Shown here: in pieces, positions 60,801 through 64,000 of the stretch
How the letters are laid out: each line of letters starts with the position of its first letter
Numbering within the stretch: position 1 is the stretch's first letter
Source of the DNA: Antedon mediterranea
Taxonomy: Eukaryota; Animalia; Echinodermata
Reading direction: 5' to 3'
DNA length: 64,000 nucleotides
Assembly (NCBI RefSeq): GCF_964355755.1
Contig: NC_092675.1
Coordinates: forward strand, 4,645,812-4,709,811
Notes under the pieces: model-generated
Database searches by the model: none
Told to the model about the DNA's origin: nothing
The model's input: the letters and a program-made list of their open reading frames with translations, nothing else
Translations under genes and position numbers: made by a program

Positions 60801-63677
60801 CCAGATTTAATGCTTTAACTAAATTATTTTATAACTTCATAGTGTTAATTTCACCTTTGATTTTGTATAAATAATAATCATAAATTACTATATCATTGAT
60901 ATTAAATAAGCAGCAACTTTAGCACAAGTGAAACCATTTTCGCATTGTAAAAACATAACCAACCTTTCATCTTTCACCTCATGAAATTAATTAATTAATT
61001 AACCATTACACATTTATTATATGTATACAGTACGTGATTGATATTAAGAAATAAGAAAAACAGCAACTTTGGGACTAAAACCAGACCAAATATATCAAGT
61101 TAGATTACCTCATATCTCTCTACTCTTTCTTCTTCACTCGCAGACAAAATTTCAGATAATCTAATATCTTCAGCTGTAATGCGAAAAACAAGATTAAATA
61201 AAAATGATATAAAATAAATAGATAAACAGCTTATAATACTGTAGTCTTTACAAATTGCTTGACTACTCATGAAATATAATACAAGAACAGACAGTTGATT
61301 AACATGTGCAGCAAATCATCACATTTTTTAATCATTGAGTTTACATAGTATTTTTTAACATTGTTTATTTTGAATTATAAATAAACAAACCTGAAATATG
61401 CAATGTTTCAAGAGAGGGGGTACTATCACTTGTCACAACTTCCAAACGAGTTGAACCACTAGATGCAAGACTAGACGCAATACTAACAGGTCGCTCACGT
61501 TCACTAATAACCGTACATCCAGATATCATGCTAAGTGGGCGTCCTGATGTAGTTAGGCTAATAGCTCCATCATTCTCACTGGCTATGAGACTGACAGGAC
61601 GATCAGAGCACTTCACAGCTGTCTTGTCAAAGTTGTTGCTTTGAGGAGTAGTTGTTGACGTGTCTTTTTTGGTTGATGCTTTTATCGATACTACCTCCTC
61701 TTTTAATGCAGAGTCCGTTAACGTAATTCTTCCTTCATCGTGTACTCTTCGAATTCTGTCACTGTTGCTTCTCTTTTTGTTAGATGATTTCTAAATTTAT
61801 TAGCAAACAAAAACAATTTCACAACTATTTCATATTAAATATTAAAGTAATGTGGATAGAAAGTATTGTCCTTACCATATGGTATTGGACAATACTTTAT
61901 TATGTACATGATGCAAAAAGCCATAGAATCTGTAATACTTTTCCAAAAGCTGAATATTCTTATGGGTCAAAATGGCCAAATTGTTTCCTTAGATTGACCC
62001 AGCTAACTTTGTTTGATCTTTATCAAATTTACACTCATTCTTACCCCTGGTCTTTCACTGGCACAGAAACTGTTTCCCCTTCTTGATCCTCTATGACGAC
62101 TACGCAAGTAGTTGATTTCATTGGCTTGTCTAGTGATTTCTGATTGCAAGACTTTGACAAGACTTTCTCGCTCTCTCAGACTCTCCTGCAAGGATTTCTC
62201 ATCCCTTGCTTTCTTTTCTTGTGTTGTTTGACACTCTCTGGAAACTCCTGAAAAATGAAATGTGCAATATAATATAAGTTTTATAACTAAACAATAAAAG
62301 AAAATTACACATGCTTATAAACTCATTAAACTACGGCCAATCCTTATTCTGGGACCATTATGTTAATAGGGGTTTGCAAAATGCTTTAAAAATGTTTGTG
62401 GAAAGCTCATATATTTTTAGTAAGCTCCACAAAAACTATGCCAGAATTTTACCTTCAGCTTGTTTCTTGACAGCTTCAGTTGGTTTGAATCGTTCCTCCA
62501 GTTGTTTCACTTCACTTTTGATAGTGCAGAGCTCTTGCTCCAGGGCAACGCCTATCGATGCATTACTCAGTCGATTTTCATCTGTAAAGTTAAAACGAAA
62601 TTTAACATACATATTCATTTTTATCATCATCATTTAGGGCTGCGATAGTTTTCTTCATGAATGTTTAATAGATGGTGACAAAGTTATTTTTAAAGAAGAG
62701 GCATGGAAAAAAAAATAAGCTGAGTAGAATAGAATACCTATTTACCTAAATGATTATTGCCATTTCAATCAAACTATAATTTAAATCAGTGAATTTCCCA
62801 TTTTCATTGGAAATGATTCAATGTATAAGTTGCAATTGTTCTTATGAAAGCAACTAAGCAATAAGAATATATGTTGTAAGTGTTTACTGTGAAATGAAAA
62901 CTATTTGCTTACTAGTTATATCTGTTCCAAGCTGTGCTATTTCCTCCTGCATTTTCTGAATTTCTTCCGTTATCTGTTGCAAATTTGCAGTCTTATGATT
63001 TAATTCATTTGCCAATAATAAATTCATCTCCTCTAATTTTGTTATGTGACTTTCAGCTGTATCTACAATGTCCACCAAAATACCATCTTCCAAAATGCCA
63101 TTATCGTCCAACTTCACTTCACTGGCTGATGTATTATCGCTTGCAATGTTCATTGAAGGCACACTGTTCTGAGATGCACTATCTGTAGCTTGGTCAAGGT
63201 CTTCTTGTGAAGACCTGCCAGTTAATACTACATCAGGTGATGGTTCAATAACTGGTGATGTCTGACTGGTTGGCACAATATCCAGTGGTGATTGAACAAC
63301 TGCTGGTGTGGCATGTACGGTGACATATTGACCAACCAGCTCTAAATCGGTAGATGCACTACGTTGTGGTTGAGGGCGCATCATGGCCTGATGTTCCGCT
63401 TGGCTGTCTGACTTAACCCGAACTAATTGTTTCTTTTTTTGCAACTTTTCCCACTCCTTATACTTCATTTTAAAATCAGGAGTCAATTTGGACATGTCCA
63501 CTTTTTGACCAACATCCAATTGACCACTATCCCTGTCTGATGAATTTCTTTGTCCAAGATCAGGCGTGAGCTGATTTTCTGTTTTATCTTTCTTTGTATT
63601 TCTTGCATTGCGGTTTGGTTTTTTCCCAGATTTTCCTGTTTTCCTATTTTTCTTTGATGGTTTTTCTGGAGCTGTAT
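57806..63677 (-). CDS. Large Ser/Lys-rich low-complexity protein with coiled-coil segments, 5'-partial, unidentified
   Basis: Exons (minus) 63677-62913, 62581-62453, 62247-62045, 61790-61391, 61173-61109, 60495-57806 are all AG/GT bounded, with consistent phases and an open frame (about 1417 codons). The frame either stops in the donor (gtga, 57802) or splices to a short terminal exon (candidate acceptor about 56155). Upstream exons lie beyond the window. Confidence 0.88.
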
Positions 63678-64000
63678 CTGCAACAACAAAAAATAAATTT
63701 AATACAAATAATATAAACTACTAAAAATTTGGCCTGTACAATTTAATAGTTTGAAGAAAAAAAAGTTATGAAGTGAATATTTATTTATTTATTTTATTTC
63801 AACAATATTTTACGAGGGTAATCCATCCAGTCAAAGTTGATCATTAGGGACTCTCACAAAAATGACGAGACACAAACATGTGACAATAAAAATTAAATTT
63901 AAATAAATAAAATATCAATCTAATATGATGGCATTAATGAACGCAAAGTGGAGTCTAAGTTCTAGACAACGAGTCGGCTTAATATTGGTAAAAAGATAAA

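Overview
AT-rich, intron-rich eukaryotic (animal, invertebrate-type) genomic DNA, not prokaryotic. The abundant TAGGCCTA motif and the repeat types suggest an echinoderm-like deuterostome, but that is inference. Six spliced protein-coding genes were reconstructed by hand from GT-AG boundaries with consistent intron phase: a 5'-truncated RASGEF1-family Ras GEF (+), mitochondrial MTHFD2 (+), an ETNPPL/PHYKPL-family PLP phospho-lyase (-), a eukaryote-type urease accessory protein UreD (-), cyclophilin A (+), and a 5'-truncated large low-complexity/coiled-coil protein that I cannot identify (-). Introns and intergenic DNA contain many non-autonomous DNA transposons (hAT-, Kolobok-, Harbinger- and P/hAT-like, several nested, most with visible TIRs and TSDs), tRNA/CORE-type SINEs, a 5S rRNA-headed SINE, a LINE 3' fragment and several minisatellites. 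The most notable observations are the intact 7-exon ureD in an animal, the 5S-derived SINE, two independent hAT-like insertions into two copies of the same duplicated target, and a minisatellite expansion whose unexpanded sister copy lies in the same window. Most short ORFs in the supplied track are intronic or antisense noise. No database searches were run; family assignments rest on recalled motifs.
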